Shown here: one piece after another, positions 25,976-40,500 of the stretch
How positions within the stretch are numbered: position 1 is the stretch's first letter
Layout: the number at the start of each line of letters is the position of its first letter
From: Auanema rhodensis
Taxonomy: Eukaryota > Animalia > Nematoda
DNA: 64,000 nt
Assembly: GCA_964057225.1 (NCBI GenBank)
Contig: OZ059896.1
Coordinates: 22,072,001-22,136,000 of the forward strand
Direction: 5' to 3'
Position numbers and translations under genes: made by a program
The notes under the pieces: model-generated
Told to the model about the DNA's origin: nothing
Seen by the model: only the letters and a program-made list of their open reading frames with translations
Databases searched by the model: none

Positions 25976-28900
25976 TTTGTATTGAGCGTTTCTCAATGTA
26001 GTATAGTGCATTCGATGCGGATTTTTAAGCTGCGTCGATCTGTGTTATCAGATTTGCGCTAGCTTAAAAATGCACCGAGATATCAACTGATATAAGTTCA
26101 CACTTATATCCTCGATTTTCACCCTGAAGAATTAATTTTTTCGTAGAATAACATTGTCCATCGTCTTTGCCTTAAAAAAAGGAATCTAAAAACATCTACT
26201 TTTTGCTAAATTATTCTGAAATTTTTTGAAAACATTTTTGTCAAAATGTTTTTGGAAGCAATGTTGATTGTACATGGAAACTCAACATACACTAATGCAT
26301 CATTTTTCAAACGATCATAACTAATTTTTGTATTAAGCGTTTCTCAATGTGGTATAGTGCATTCGATGCGGATTTTTAAGCTGCGTCGATCTGTGTTATC
26401 AGATTTGCGCTAGTTTAAAAATGCACCGAGATATCAACTGATATAAGTTCACACTTATATCCTCGATTTTCACCCTGAAGAATTGATTTTTTCGTTGAAT
26501 AACATTGTCCATCGTTTTTGCCTTGAAAAAAGAAATTTAAAAACATCTACTTTTTGCTAAATTATTTTGAAATTTTTCGAAAAAATTTTTGTCAAAATGT
26601 TTTTGGAAGCAATGTTGAGTGTACATGGAAACTCAACATACACTAATGCATCATTTTTCAAACGATCATAACTAATTTTTGTATTAAGCGTTTCTCAATG
26701 TAGTATAGTGCATTCGATGCGGATTTTTAAGCTGCGTCGATCTGTGTTATCAGATTTGCGCTAGCTTAAAAATGCACCGAGATATCAACTGATATAAGTT
26801 CACACTTATATCCTCGATTTTCACCCTGAAGAATTAATTTTTTCGTAGAATAACATTGTCCATCGTCTTTGCCTTGAAAAAAGGAATCTAAAAACATCTA
26901 CTTTTTGCTAAATTATTTTGAAATTTTTCGAAAAAATTTTTGTCAAAATGTTTTTGGAAGCAATGTTGAGTGTACATGGAAACTCAACATACACTAATGC
27001 ATCATTTTTCAAACGATCATAACTAATTTTTGTATTAAGCGTTTCTCAATGTAGTATAGTGCATTCGATGCGGATTTTTAAGCTGCGTCGATCTGTGTTA
27101 TCAGATTTGCGCTAGCTTAAAAATGCACCGAGATATCAACTGATATAAGTTCACACTTATATCCTCCATTTTCACCCTGAAGAATTAATTTTTTCGTTGA
27201 ATAACATTGTCCATCGTTTTTGCCTTGAAAAAAGAAATCTAAAAACATCTACTTTTTGCTAAATTATTTCGAAATTTTTCGGAAAAATTTTTGTCAAAAT
27301 GTTTTTGGAAGCAATGTTGATTGTACATGGAAACTCAACATACACTAATGCATCATTTTTCAAACGATCATAACTAATTTTTGTATTAAGCGTTTCTCAA
27401 TGTAGTATAGTGCATTCGATGCGGATTTTTAAGCTGCGTCGATCTGTGTTATCAGATTTGCGCTAGCTTAAAAATGCACCGAGATATTAACTGATATAAG
27501 TTCACACTTATATCCTCGATTTTCACCCTGAAGAATTGATTTTTTCGTTGAATAACATTGTCCATCGTTTTTGCCTTGAAAAAAGAAATCTAAAAACATC
27601 TACTTTTTGCTAAATTATTTTGAAATTTTTCGAAAAAATTTTTGTCAAAATGTTTTTGGAAGCAATGTTGAGTGTACATGGAAACTCAACATACACTAAT
27701 GCATCATTTTTCAAACGATCATAACTAATTTTTGTATTGAGCGTTTCTCAATGTAGTATAGTGCATTCGATGCGGATTTTTAAGCTGCGTCGATCTGTGT
27801 TATCAGATTTGCGCTAGCTTAAAAATGCACCGAGATATCAACTGATATAAGTTCACACTTATATCCTCGATTTTCACCCTGAAGAATTGATTTTTTCGTT
27901 GAATAACATTGTCCATCGTTTTTGCCTTGAAAAAAGAAATCTAAAAACATCTACTTTTTGCTAAATTATTTTGAAATTTTTCGGAAAAATTTTTGTCAAA
28001 ATGTTTTTGGAAGCAATGTTGATTGTACATGGAAACTCAACATACACTAATGCATCATTTTTCAAACGATCATAACTAATTTTTGTATTAAGCGTTTCTC
28101 AATGTAGTATAGTGCATTCGATGCGGATTTTTAAGCTGCGTCGATCTGTGTTATCAGATTTGCGCTAGCTTAAAAATGCACCGAGATATTAACTGATATA
28201 AGTTCACACTTATATCCTCGATTTTCACCCTGAAGAATTAATTTTTTCGTAGAATAACATTGTCCATCGTCTTTGCCTTGAAAAAAGGAATCTAAAAACA
28301 TCTACTTTTTGCTAAATTATTTTGAAATTTTTCGAAAAAATTTTTGTCAAAATGTTTTTGGAAGCAATGTTGAGTGTACATGGAAACTCAACATACACTA
28401 ATGCATCATTTTTCAAACGATCGTAACTAATTTTTGTATTAAGCGTTTCTCAATGTAGTATAGTGCATTCGATGCGGATTTTTAAGCTGCGTCGATCTGT
28501 GTTATCAGATTTGCGCTAGCTTAAAAATGCACCGATATATCAACTGATATAAGTTCACACTTATATCCTCGATTTTCACCCTGAAGAATTAATTTTTTCG
28601 TAGAATAACATTGTCCATCGTCTTTGCCTTGAAAAAAGGAATCTAAAAACATCTACTTTTTGCTAAATTATTTTGAAATTTTTCGAAAAAATTTTTGTCA
28701 AAATGTTTTTGGAAGCAATGTTGAGTGTACATGGAAACTCAACATACACTAATGCATCATTTTTCAAACGATCATAACTAATTTTTGTATTAAGCGTTTC
28801 TCAATGTAGTATAGTGCATTCGATGCGGATTTTTAAGCTGCGTCGATCTGTGTTATCAGATTTGCGCTAGCTTAAAAATGCACCGATATATCAACTGATA

Positions 28901-31900
28901 TAAGTTCACACTTATATCCTCGATTTTCACCCTGAAGAATTGATTTTTTCGTTGAATAACATTGTCCATCGTTTTTGCCTTGAAAAAAGAAATCTAAAAA
29001 CATCTACTTTTTGCTAAATTATTTTGAAATTTTTCGAAAAAATTTTTGTCAAAATGTTTTTGGAAGCAATGTTGAGTGTACATGGAAACTCAACATACAC
29101 TAATGCATCATTTTTCAAACGATCATAACTAATTTTTGTATTAAGCGTTTCTCAATGTAGTATAGTGCATTCGATGCGGATTTTTAAGCTGCGTCGATCT
29201 GTGTTATCAGATTTGCGCTAGCTTAAAAATGCACCGAGATATCAACTGATATAAGTTCACACTTATATCCTCGATTTTCACCCTGAAGAATTGATTTTTT
29301 CGTTGAATAACATTGTCCATCGTTTTTGCCTTGAAAAAAGAAATCTAAAAACATCTACTTTTTGCTAAATTATTTTGAAATTTTTCGGAAAAATTTTTGT
29401 CAAAATGTTTTTGGAAGCAATGTTGATTGTACATGGAAACTCAACATACACTAATGCATCATTTTTCAAACGATCATAACTAATTTTTGTATTAAGCGTT
29501 TCTCAATGTAGTATAGTGCATTCGATGCGGATTTTTAAGCTGCGTCGATCTGTGTTATCAGATTTGCGCTAGCTTAAAAATGCACCGAGATATTAACTGA
29601 TATAAGTTCACACTTATATCCTCGATTTTCACCCTGAAGAATTAATTTTTTCGTAGAATAACATTGTCCATCGTCTTTGCCTTGAAAAAAGGAATCTAAA
29701 TACATCTACTTTTTGCTAAATTATTTTGAAATTTTTCGAAAAAATTTTTGTCAAAATGTTTTTGGAAGCAATGTTGAGTGTACATGGAAACTCAACATAC
29801 ACTAATGCATCATTTTTCAAACGATCATAACTAATTTTTGTATTAAGCGTTTCTCAATGTAGTATAGTGCATTCGATGCGGATTTTTAAGCTGCGTCGAT
29901 CTGTGTTATCAGATTTGCGCTAGCTTAAAAATGCACCGAGATATCAACTGATATAAGTTCACACTTATATCCTCGATTTTAACCCTGAAAAATTAATTTT
30001 TTCGTAGAATAACATTGTCCATCGTCTTTGCCTTGAAAAAAGGAATCTAAAAACATCTACTTTTTGCTAAATTATTTTGAAATTTTTCGAAAAAATTTTT
30101 GTCAAAATGTTTTTGGAAGCAATGTTGAGTGTACATGGAAACTCAACATACACTAATGCATCATTTTTCAAACGATCATAACTAATTTTTGTATTAAGCG
30201 TTTCTCAATGTAGTATAGTGCATTCGATGCGGATTTGTAAGCTGCGTCGATCTGTATTATCAGATTTGCGCTAGCTTAAAAATGCACCGATATATCAACT
30301 GATATAAGTTCACACTTATATCCTCGATTTTCACCCTGAAGAATTGATTTTTTCGTTGAATAACATTGTCCATCGTTTTTGCCTTGAAAAAAGAAATCTA
30401 AAAACATCTACTTTTTGCTAAATTATTTTGAAATTTTTCGAAAAAATTTTTGTCAAAATGTTTTTGGAAGCAATGTTGAGTGTACATGGAAACTCAACAT
30501 ACACTAATGCATCATTTTTCAAACGATCATAACTAATTTTTGTATCGAGCGTTTCTCAATGTAGTATAGTGCATTCGATGCGGATTTTTAAGCTGCGTCG
30601 ATCTGTGTTATCAGATTTGCGCTAGCTTAAAAATGCACCGATATATCAACTGATATAAGTTCACACTTATATCCTCGATTTTCACCCTGAAGAATTGATT
30701 TTTTCGTTGAATAACATTGTCCATCGTTTTTGCCTTGAAAAAAGAAATCTAAAAACATCTACTTTTTGTTAAATTATTTTGAAATTTTTCGAAAAAATTT
30801 TTGTCAAAATGTTTTTGGAAGCAATGTTGAGTGTACATGGAAACTCAACATACACTAATGCATCATTTTTCAAACGATCATAACTAATTTTTGTATTAAT
30901 CGTTTCTCAATGTAGTATAGTGCATTCGATGCGGATTTTTAAGCTGCGTCGATCTGTGTTATCAGATTTGCGCTAGCTTAAAAATGCACCGATATATCAA
31001 CTGATATAAGTTCACACTTATATCCTCGATTTTCACCCTGAAGAATTGATTTTTTCGTTGAATAACATTGTCCATCGTTTTTGCCTTGAAAAAAGAAATC
31101 TAAAAACATCTACTTTTTGTTAAATTATTTTGAAATTTTTCGAAAAAATTTTTGTCAAAATGTTTTTGGAAGCAATGTTGAGTGTACATGGAAACTCAAC
31201 ATACACTAATGCATCATTTTTCAAACGATCATAACTAATTTTTGTATTAAGCGTTTCTCAATGTAGTATAGTGCATTCGATGCGGATTTTTAAGCTGCGT
31301 CGATCTGTGTTATCAGATTTGCGCTAGCTTAAAAATGCACCGAGATATTAACTGATATAAGTTCACACTTATATCCTCGATTTTCACCCTGAAGAATTAA
31401 TTTTTTCGTAGAATAACATTGTCCATCGTCTTTGCCTTGAAAAAAGGAATCTAAAAACATCTACTTTTTGCTAAATTATTTTGAAATTTTTCGAAAAAAT
31501 TTTTGTCAAAATGTTTTTGGAAGCAATGTTGAGTGTACATGGAAACTCAACATACACTAATGCATCATTTTTCAAACGATCATAACTAATTTTTGTATTA
31601 AGCGTTTCTCAATGTAGTATAGTGCATTCGATGCGGATTTTTAAGCTGCGTCGATCTGTGTTATCAGATTTGCGCTAGCTTAAAAATGCACCGAGATATC
31701 AACTGATATAAGTTCACACTTATATCCTCGATTTTCACCCTGAAAAATTAATTTTTTCGTAGAATAACATTGTCCATCGTCTTTGCCTTGAAAAAAGGAA
31801 TCTAAAAACATCTACTTTTTGCTAAATTATTTTGAAATTTTTCGAAAAAATTTTTGTCAAAATGTTTTTGGAAGCAATGTTGAGGTGTACATGGAAACTC

Positions 31901-34704
31901 AACATACACTAATGCATCATTTTTCAAACGATCATAACTAATTTTTGTATTAAGCGTTTCTCAATGTAGTATAGTGCATTCGATGCGGATTTTTAAGCTG
32001 CGTCGATCTGTGTTATCAGATTTGCGCTAGCTTAAAAATGCACCGATATATCAACTGATATAAGTTCACACTTATATCCTCGATTTTCACCCTGAAAAAT
32101 TAATTTTTTCGTAGAATAACATTGTCCATCGTCTTTGCCTTGAAAAAAGGAATCTAAAAACATCTACTTTTTGCTAAATTATTTTGAAATTTTTCGAAAA
32201 AATTTTTGCACACTAATGCATCATTTTTCAAACGATCATAACTAATTTTTGTATTAAGCGTTTCTCAATGTAGTATAGTGCATTCGATGCGGATTTTTAA
32301 GCTGCGTCGATCTGTGTTATCAGATTTGCGCTAGCTTAAAAATGCACCGAGATATCAACTGATATAAGTTCACACTTATATCCTCGATTTTCACCCTGAA
32401 GAATTAATTTTTTCGTAGAATAACATTGTCCATCGTCTCTGCCTTGAAAAAAGGAATCTAAAAACATCTACTTTTTGCTAAATTATTTTGAAATTTTTCG
32501 AAAAAATTTTTGTCAAAATGTTTTTGGAAGCAATGTTGAGTGTACATGGAAACTCAACATACACTAATGCATCATTTTTCAAACGATCATAACTAATTTT
32601 TGTATTAAGCGTTTCTCAATGTAGTATAGTGCATTCGATGCGGATTTTTAAGCTGCGTCGATCTGTGTTATCAGATTTGCGCTAGCTTAAAAATGCACCG
32701 AGATATCAACTGATATAAGTTCACACTTATATCCTCGATTTTCACCCTGAAGAATTAATTTTTTCGTAGAATAACATTGTCCATCGTCTCTGCCTTGAAA
32801 AAAGGAATCTAAAAACATCTACTTTTTGCTAAATTATTTTGAAATTTTTCGAAAAAATTTTTGTCAAAATGTTTTTGGAAGCAATGTTGAGTGTACATGG
32901 AAACTCAACATACACTAATGCATCATTTTTCAAACGATCATAACTAATTTTTGTATTAAGCGTTTCTCAATGTAGTATAGTGCATTCGATGCGGATTTTT
33001 AAGCTGCGTCGATCTGTGTTATCAGATTTGCGCTAGCTTAAAAATGCACCGATATATCAACTGATATAAGTTCACACTTATATCCTCGATTTTCACCCTG
33101 AAGAATTGATTTTTTCGTTGAATAACATTGTCCATCGTTTTTGCCTTGAAAAAAGAAATCTAAAAACATCTACTTTTTGCTAAATTATTTTGAAATTTTT
33201 CGAAAAAATTTTTGTCAAAATGTTTTTGGAAGCAATGTTGAGTGTACATGGAAACTCAACATACACTAATGCATCATTTTTCAAACGATCATAACTAATT
33301 TTTGTATTAAGCGTTTCTCAATGTAGTATAGTGCATTCGATGCGGATTTTTAAGCTGCGTCGATCTGTGTTATCAGATTTGCGCTAGCTTAAAAATGCAC
33401 CGAGATATCAACTGATATAAGTTCACACTTATATCCTCGATTTTCACCCTGAAGAATTAATTTTTTCGTAGAATAACATTGTCCATCGTCTCTGCCTTGA
33501 AAAAAGGAATCTAAAAACATCTACTTTTTGCTAAATTATTTTGAAATTTTTCGAAAAAATTTTTGTCAAAATGTTTTTGGAAGCAATGTTGAGTGTACAT
33601 GGAAACTCAACATACACTAATGCATCATTTTTCAAACGATCATAACTAATTTTTGTATTAAGCGTTTCTCAATGTAGTATAGTGCATTCGATGCGGATTT
33701 TTAAGCTGCGTCGATCTGTGTTATCAGATTTGCGCTAGCTTAAAAATGCACCGAGATATCAACTGATATAAGTTCACACTTATATCCTCGATTTTCACCC
33801 TGAAGAATTAATTTTTTCGTAGAATAACATTGTCCATCGTCTCTGCCTTGAAAAAAGGAATCTAAAAACATCTACTTTTTGCTAAATTATTTTGAAATTT
33901 TTCGAAAAAATTTTTGTCAAAATGTTTTTGGAAGCAATGTTGAGTGTACATGGAAACTCAACATACACTAATGCATCATTTTTCAAACGATCATAACTAA
34001 TTTTTGTATTAAGCGTTTCTCAATGTAGTATAGTGCATTCGATGCGGATTTTTAAGCTGCGTCGATCTGTGTTATCAGATTTGCGCTAGCTTAAAAATGC
34101 ACCGATATATCAACTGATATAAGTTCACACTTATATCCTCGATTTTCACCCTGAAGAATTGATTTTTTCGTTGAATAACATTGTCCATCGTTTTTGCCTT
34201 GAAAAAAGAAATCTAAAAACATCTACTTTTTGCTAAATTATTTTGAAATTTTTCGAAAAAATTTTTGTCAAAATGTTTTTGGAAGCAATGTTGAGTGTAC
34301 ATGGAAACTCAACATACACTAATGCATCATTTTTCAAACGATCATAACTAATTTTTGTATTAAGCGTTTCTCAATGTAGTATAGTGCATTCGATGCGGAT
34401 TTTTAAGCTGCGTCGATCTGTGTTATCAGATTTGCGCTAGCTTAAAAATGCACCGAGATATCAACTGATATAAGTTCACACTTATATCCTCGATTTTCAC
34501 CCTGAAGAATTAATTTTTTCGTAGAATAACATTGTCCATCGTCTCTGCCTTGAAAAAAGGAATCTAAAAACATCTACTTTTTGCTAAATTATTTTGAAAT
34601 TTTTCGAAAAAATTTTTGTCAAAATGTTTTTGGAAGCAATGTTGAGTGTACATGGAAACTCAACATACACTAATGCATCATTTTCCAAACGATCATAACT
34701 AATT
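25976..34704. repeat. Large block, copy 2 (M75-M99)
   Basis: Same rare variants in the same order as 11584-24220, including the +G insertion. Confidence 0.85.
31944..32247. other. Truncated 304-bp monomer (M92) with a net 47-bp deletion
   Basis: The junction reads AATTTTTG-C-ACACTAATG at 32201-32218. Consensus pos 266-313 (48 bp) is replaced by one C, and the downstream register shift confirms -47. Confidence 0.95.
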
Positions 34705-37512
34705 TTTGTATTAAGCGTTTCTCAATGTAGTATAGTGCATTCGATGCGGATTTTAAAGCTGCGTCGATCTGTGTTATCAGATTTGCGCTAGCTTAAAAAT
34801 GCACCGAGATATCAACTGATATAAGTTCACACTTATATCCTCGATTTTCACCCTGAAGAATTGATTTTTTCGTTGAATAACATTGTCCATCGTTTTTGCC
34901 TTGAAAAAAGAAATCTAAAAACATCTACTTTTTGCTAAATTATTTCGAAATTTTTCGGAAAAATTTTTGTCAAAATGTTTTTGGAAGCAATGTTGATTGT
35001 ACATGGAAACTCAACATACACTAATGCATCATTTTTCAAACGATCATAACTAATTTTTGTATTAAGCGTTTCTCAATGTAGTATAGTGCATTCGATGCGG
35101 ATTTTTAAGCTGCGTCGATCTGTGTTATCAGATTTGCGCTAGCTTAAAAATGCACCGAGATATTAACTGATATAAGTTCACACTTATATCCTCGATTTTC
35201 ACCCTGAAGAATTGATTTTTTCGTTGAATAACATTGTCCATCGTTTTTGCCTTGAAAAAAGAAATCTAAAAACATCTACTTTTTGCTAAATTATTTTGAA
35301 ATTTTTCGAAAAAATTTTTGTCAAAATGTTTTTGGAAGCAATGTTGAGTGTACATGGAAACTCAACATACACTAATGCATCATTTTTCAAACGATCATAA
35401 CTAATTTTTGTATTAAGCGTTTCTCAATGTAGTATAGTGCATTCGATGCGGATTTTTAAGCTGCGTCGATCTGTGTTATCAGATTTGCGCTAGCTTAAAA
35501 ATGCACCGAGATATCAACTGATATAAGTTCACACTTATATCCTCGATTTTCACCCTGAAGAATTGATTTTTTCGTTGAATAACATTGTCCATCGTTTTTG
35601 CCTTGAAAAAAGAAATCTAAAAACATCTACTTTTTGCTAAATTATTTTGAAATTTTTCGGAAAAATTTTTGTCAAAATGTTTTTGGAAGCAATGTTGATT
35701 GTACATGGAAACTCAACATACACTAATGCATCATTTTTCAAACGATCATAACTAATTTTTGTATTAAGCGTTTCTCAATGTAGTATAGTGCATTCGATGC
35801 GGATTTTTAAGCTGCGTCGATCTGTGTTATCAGATTTGCGCTAGCTTAAAAATGCACCGAGATATTAACTGATATAAGTTCACACTTATATCCTCGATTT
35901 TCACCCTGAAGAATTAATTTTTTCGTAGAATAACATTGTCCATCGTCTTTGCCTTGAAAAAAGGAATCTAAAAACATCTACTTTTTGCTAAATTATTTTG
36001 AAATTTTTCGAAAAAATTTTTGTCAAAATGTTTTTGGAAGCAATGTTGAGTGTACATGGAAACTCAACATACACTAATGCATCATTTTTCAAACGATCAT
36101 AACTAATTTTTGTATTAAGCGTTTCTCAATGTAGTATAGTGCATTCGATGCGGATTTTTAAGCTGCGTCGATCTGTGTTATCAGATTTGCGCTAGTTTAA
36201 AAATGCACCGATATATCAACTGATATAAGTTCACACTTATATCCTCGATTTTCACCCTGAAGAATTAATTTTTTCGTAGAATAACATTGTCCATCGTCTT
36301 TGCCTTGAAAAAAGGAATCTAAAAACATCTACTTTTTGCTAAATTATTTTGAAATTTTTCGAAAAAATTTTTGTCAAAATGTTTTTGGAAGCAATGTTGA
36401 GTGTACATGGAAACTCAACATACACTAATGCATCATTTTTCAAACGATCATAACTAATTTTTGTATTAAGCGTTTCTCAATGTAGTATAGTGCATTCGAT
36501 GCGGATTTTTAAGCTGCGTCGATCTGTGTTATCAGATTTGCGCTAGCTTAAAAATGCACCGATATATCAACTGATATAAGTTCACACTTATATCCTCGAT
36601 TTTCACCCTGAAGAATTGATTTTTTCGTTGAATAACATTGTCCATCGTTTTTGCCTTGAAAAAAGAAATCTAAAAACATCTACTTTTTGCTAAATTATTT
36701 TGAAATTTTTCGAAAAAATTTTTGTCAAAATGTTTTTGGAAGCAATGTTGAGTGTACATGGAAACTCAACATACACTAATGCATCATTTTTCAAACGATC
36801 ATAACTAATTTTTGTATTAAGCGTTTCTCAATGTAGTATAGTGCATTCGATGCGGATTTTTAAGCTGCGTCGATCTGTGTTATCAGATTTGCGCTAGCTT
36901 AAAAATGCACCGAGATATCAACTGATATAAGTTCACACTTATATCCTCGATTTTCACCCTGAAGAATTGATTTTTTCGTTGAATAACATTGTCCATCGTC
37001 TTTGCCTTGAAAAAAGGAATCTAAATACATCTACTTTTTGCTAAATTATTTTGAAATTTTTCGAAAAAATTTTTGTCAAAATGTTTTTGGAAGCAATGTT
37101 GAGTGTACATGGAAACTCAACATACACTAATGCATCATTTTTCAAACGATCATAACTAATTTTTGTATTAAGCGTTTCTCAATGTAGTATAGTGCATTCG
37201 ATGCGGATTTTTAAGCTGCGTCGATCTGTGTTATCAGATTTGCGCTAGCTTAAAAATGCACCGAGATATTAACTGATATAAGTTCACACTTATATCCTCG
37301 ATTTTCACCCTGAAGAATTAATTTTTTCGTAGAATAACATTGTCCATCGTCTTTGCCTTGAAAAAAGGAATCTAAAAACATCTACTTTTTGCTAAATTAT
37401 TTTGAAATTTTTCGAAAAAATTTTTGTCAAAATGTTTTTGGAAGCAATGTTGAGTGTACATGGAAACTCAACATACACTAATGCATCATTTTTCAAACGA
37501 TCATAACTAATT

Positions 37513-40500
37513 TTTGTATTAAGCGTTTCTCAATGTAGTATAGTGCATTCGATGCGGATTTTTAAGCTGCGTCGATCTGTGTTATCAGATTTGCGCTAGC
37601 TTAAAAATGCACCGAGATATCAACTGATATAAGTTCACACTTATATCCTCGATTTTCACCCTGAAGAATTAATTTTTTCGTAGAATAACATTGTCCATCG
37701 TCTTTGCCTTGAAAAAAGGAATCTAAAAACATCTACTTTTTGCTAAATTATTTTGAAATTTTTCGAAAAAATTTTTGTCAAAATGTTTTTGGAAGCAATG
37801 TTGAGTGTACATGGAAACTCAACATACACTAATGCATCATTTTTCAAACGATCATAACTAATTTTTGTATTAAGCGTTTCTCAATGTAGTATAGTGCATT
37901 CGATGCGGATTTTTAAGCTGCGTCGATCTGTGTTATCAGATTTGCGCTAGCTTAAAAATGCACCGATATATCAACTGATATAAGTTCACACTTATATCCT
38001 CGATTTTCACCCTGAAGAATTGATTTTTTCGTTGAATAACATTGTCCATCGTTTTTGCCTTGAAAAAAGAAATCTAAAAACATCTACTTTTTGCTAAATT
38101 ATTTTGAAATTTTTCGAAAAAATTTTTGTCAAAATGTTTTTGGAAGCAATGTTGAGTGTACATGGAAACTCAACATACACTAATGCATCATTTTTCAAAC
38201 GATCATAACTAATTTTTGTATTAAGCGTTTCTCAATGTAGTATAGTGCATTCGATGCGGATTTTTAAGCTGCGTCGATCTGTGTTATCAGATTTGCGCTA
38301 GCTTAAAAATGCACCGAGATATCAACTGATATAAGTTCACACTTATATCCTCGATTTTCACCCTGAAGAATTAATTTTTTCGTAGAATAACATTGTCCAT
38401 CGTCTTTGCCTTGAAAAAAGGAATCTAAAAACATCTACTTTTTGCTAAATTATTTTGAAATTTTTCGAAAAAATTTTTGTCAAAATGTTTTTGGAAGCAA
38501 TGTTGAGTGTACATGGAAACTCAACATACACTAATGCATCATTTTTCAAACGATCATAACTAATTTTTGTATTAAGCGTTTCTCAATGTAGTATAGTGCA
38601 TTCGATGCGGATTTTTAAGCTGCGTCGATCTGTGTTATCAGATTTGCGCTAGCTTAAAAATGCACCGATATATCAACTGATAGAAGTTCACACTTATATC
38701 CTCGATTTTCACCCTGAAGAATTGATTTTTTCGTTGAATAACATTGTCCATCGTTTTTGCCTTGAAAAAAGAAATCTAAAAACATCTACTTTTTGCTAAA
38801 TTATTTTGAAATTTTTCGAAAAAATTTTTGTCAAAATGTTTTTGGAAGCAATGTTGAGTGTACATGGAAACTCAACATACACTAATGCATCATTTTTCAA
38901 ACGATCATAACTAATTTTTGTATTAAGCGTTTCTCAATGTAGTATAGTGCATTCGATGCGGATTTTTAAGCTGCGTCGATCTGTGTTATCAGATTTGCGC
39001 TAGCTTAAAAATGCACCGAGATATCAACTGATATAAGTTCACACTTATATCCTCGATTTTCACCCTGAAGAATTAATTTTTTCGTAGAATAACATTGTCC
39101 ATCGTCTTTGCCTTGAAAAAAGGAATCTAAAAACATCTACTTTTTGCTAAATTATTTTGAAATTTTTCGAAAAAATTTTTGTCAAAATGTTTTTGGAAGC
39201 AATGTTGAGTGTACATGGAAACTCAACATACACTAATGCATCATTTTCCAAACGATCATAACTAATTTTTGTATTAAGCGTTTCTCAATGTAGTATAGTG
39301 CATTCGATGCGGATTTTTAAGCTGCGTCGATCTGTGTTATCAGATTTGCGCTAGCTTAAAAATGCACCGATATATCAACTGATATAAGTTCACACTTATA
39401 TCCTCGATTTTCACCCTGAAGAATTGATTTTTTCGTTGAATAACATTGTCCATCGTTTTTGCCTTGAAAAAAGAAATCTAAAAACATCTACTTTTTGCTA
39501 AATTATTTTGAAATTTTTCGAAAAAATTTTTGTCAAAATGTTTTTGGAAGCAATGTTGAGTGTACATGGAAACTCAACATACACTAATGCATCATTTTTC
39601 AAACGATCATAACTAATTTTTGTATTAAGCGTTTCTCAATGTAGTATAGTGCATTCGATGCGGATTTTTAAGCTGCGTCGATCTGTGTTATCAGATTTGC
39701 GCTAGCTTAAAAATGCACCGAGATATCAACTGATATAAGTTCACACTTATATCCTCGATTTTCACCCTGAAGAATTGATTTTTTCGTTGAATAACATTGT
39801 CCATCGTTTTTGCCTTGAAAAAAGAAATCTAAAAACATCTACTTTTTGCTAAATTATTTCGAAATTTTTCGGAAAAATTTTTGTCAAAATGTTTTTGGAA
39901 GCAATGTTGATTGTACATGGAAACTCAACATACACTAATGCATCATTTTTCAAACGATCATAACTAATTTTTGTATTAAGCGTTTCTCAATGTAGTATAG
40001 TGCATTCGATGCGGATTTTTAAGCTGCGTCGATCTGTGTTATCAGATTTGCGCTAGCTTAAAAATGCACCGAGATATCAACTGATATAAGTTCACACTTA
40101 TATCCTCGATTTTCACCCTGAAGAATTAATTTTTTCGTAGAATAACATTGTCCATCGTCTTTGCCTTGAAAAAAGGAATCTAAAAACATCTACTTTTTGC
40201 TAAATTATTTTGAAATTTTTCGAAAAAATTTTTGTCAAAATGTTTTTGGAAGCAATGTTGAGTGTACATGGAAACTCAACATACACTAATGCATCATTTT
40301 TCAAACGATCATAACTAATTTTTGTATTAAGCGTTTCTCAATGTAGTATAGTGCATTCGATGCGGATTTTTAAGCTGCGTCGATCTGTGTTATCAGATTT
40401 GCGCTAGCTTAAAAATGCACCGATATATCAACTGATATAAGTTCACACTTATATCCTCGATTTTCACCCTGAAGAATTGATTTTTTCGTTGAATAACATT

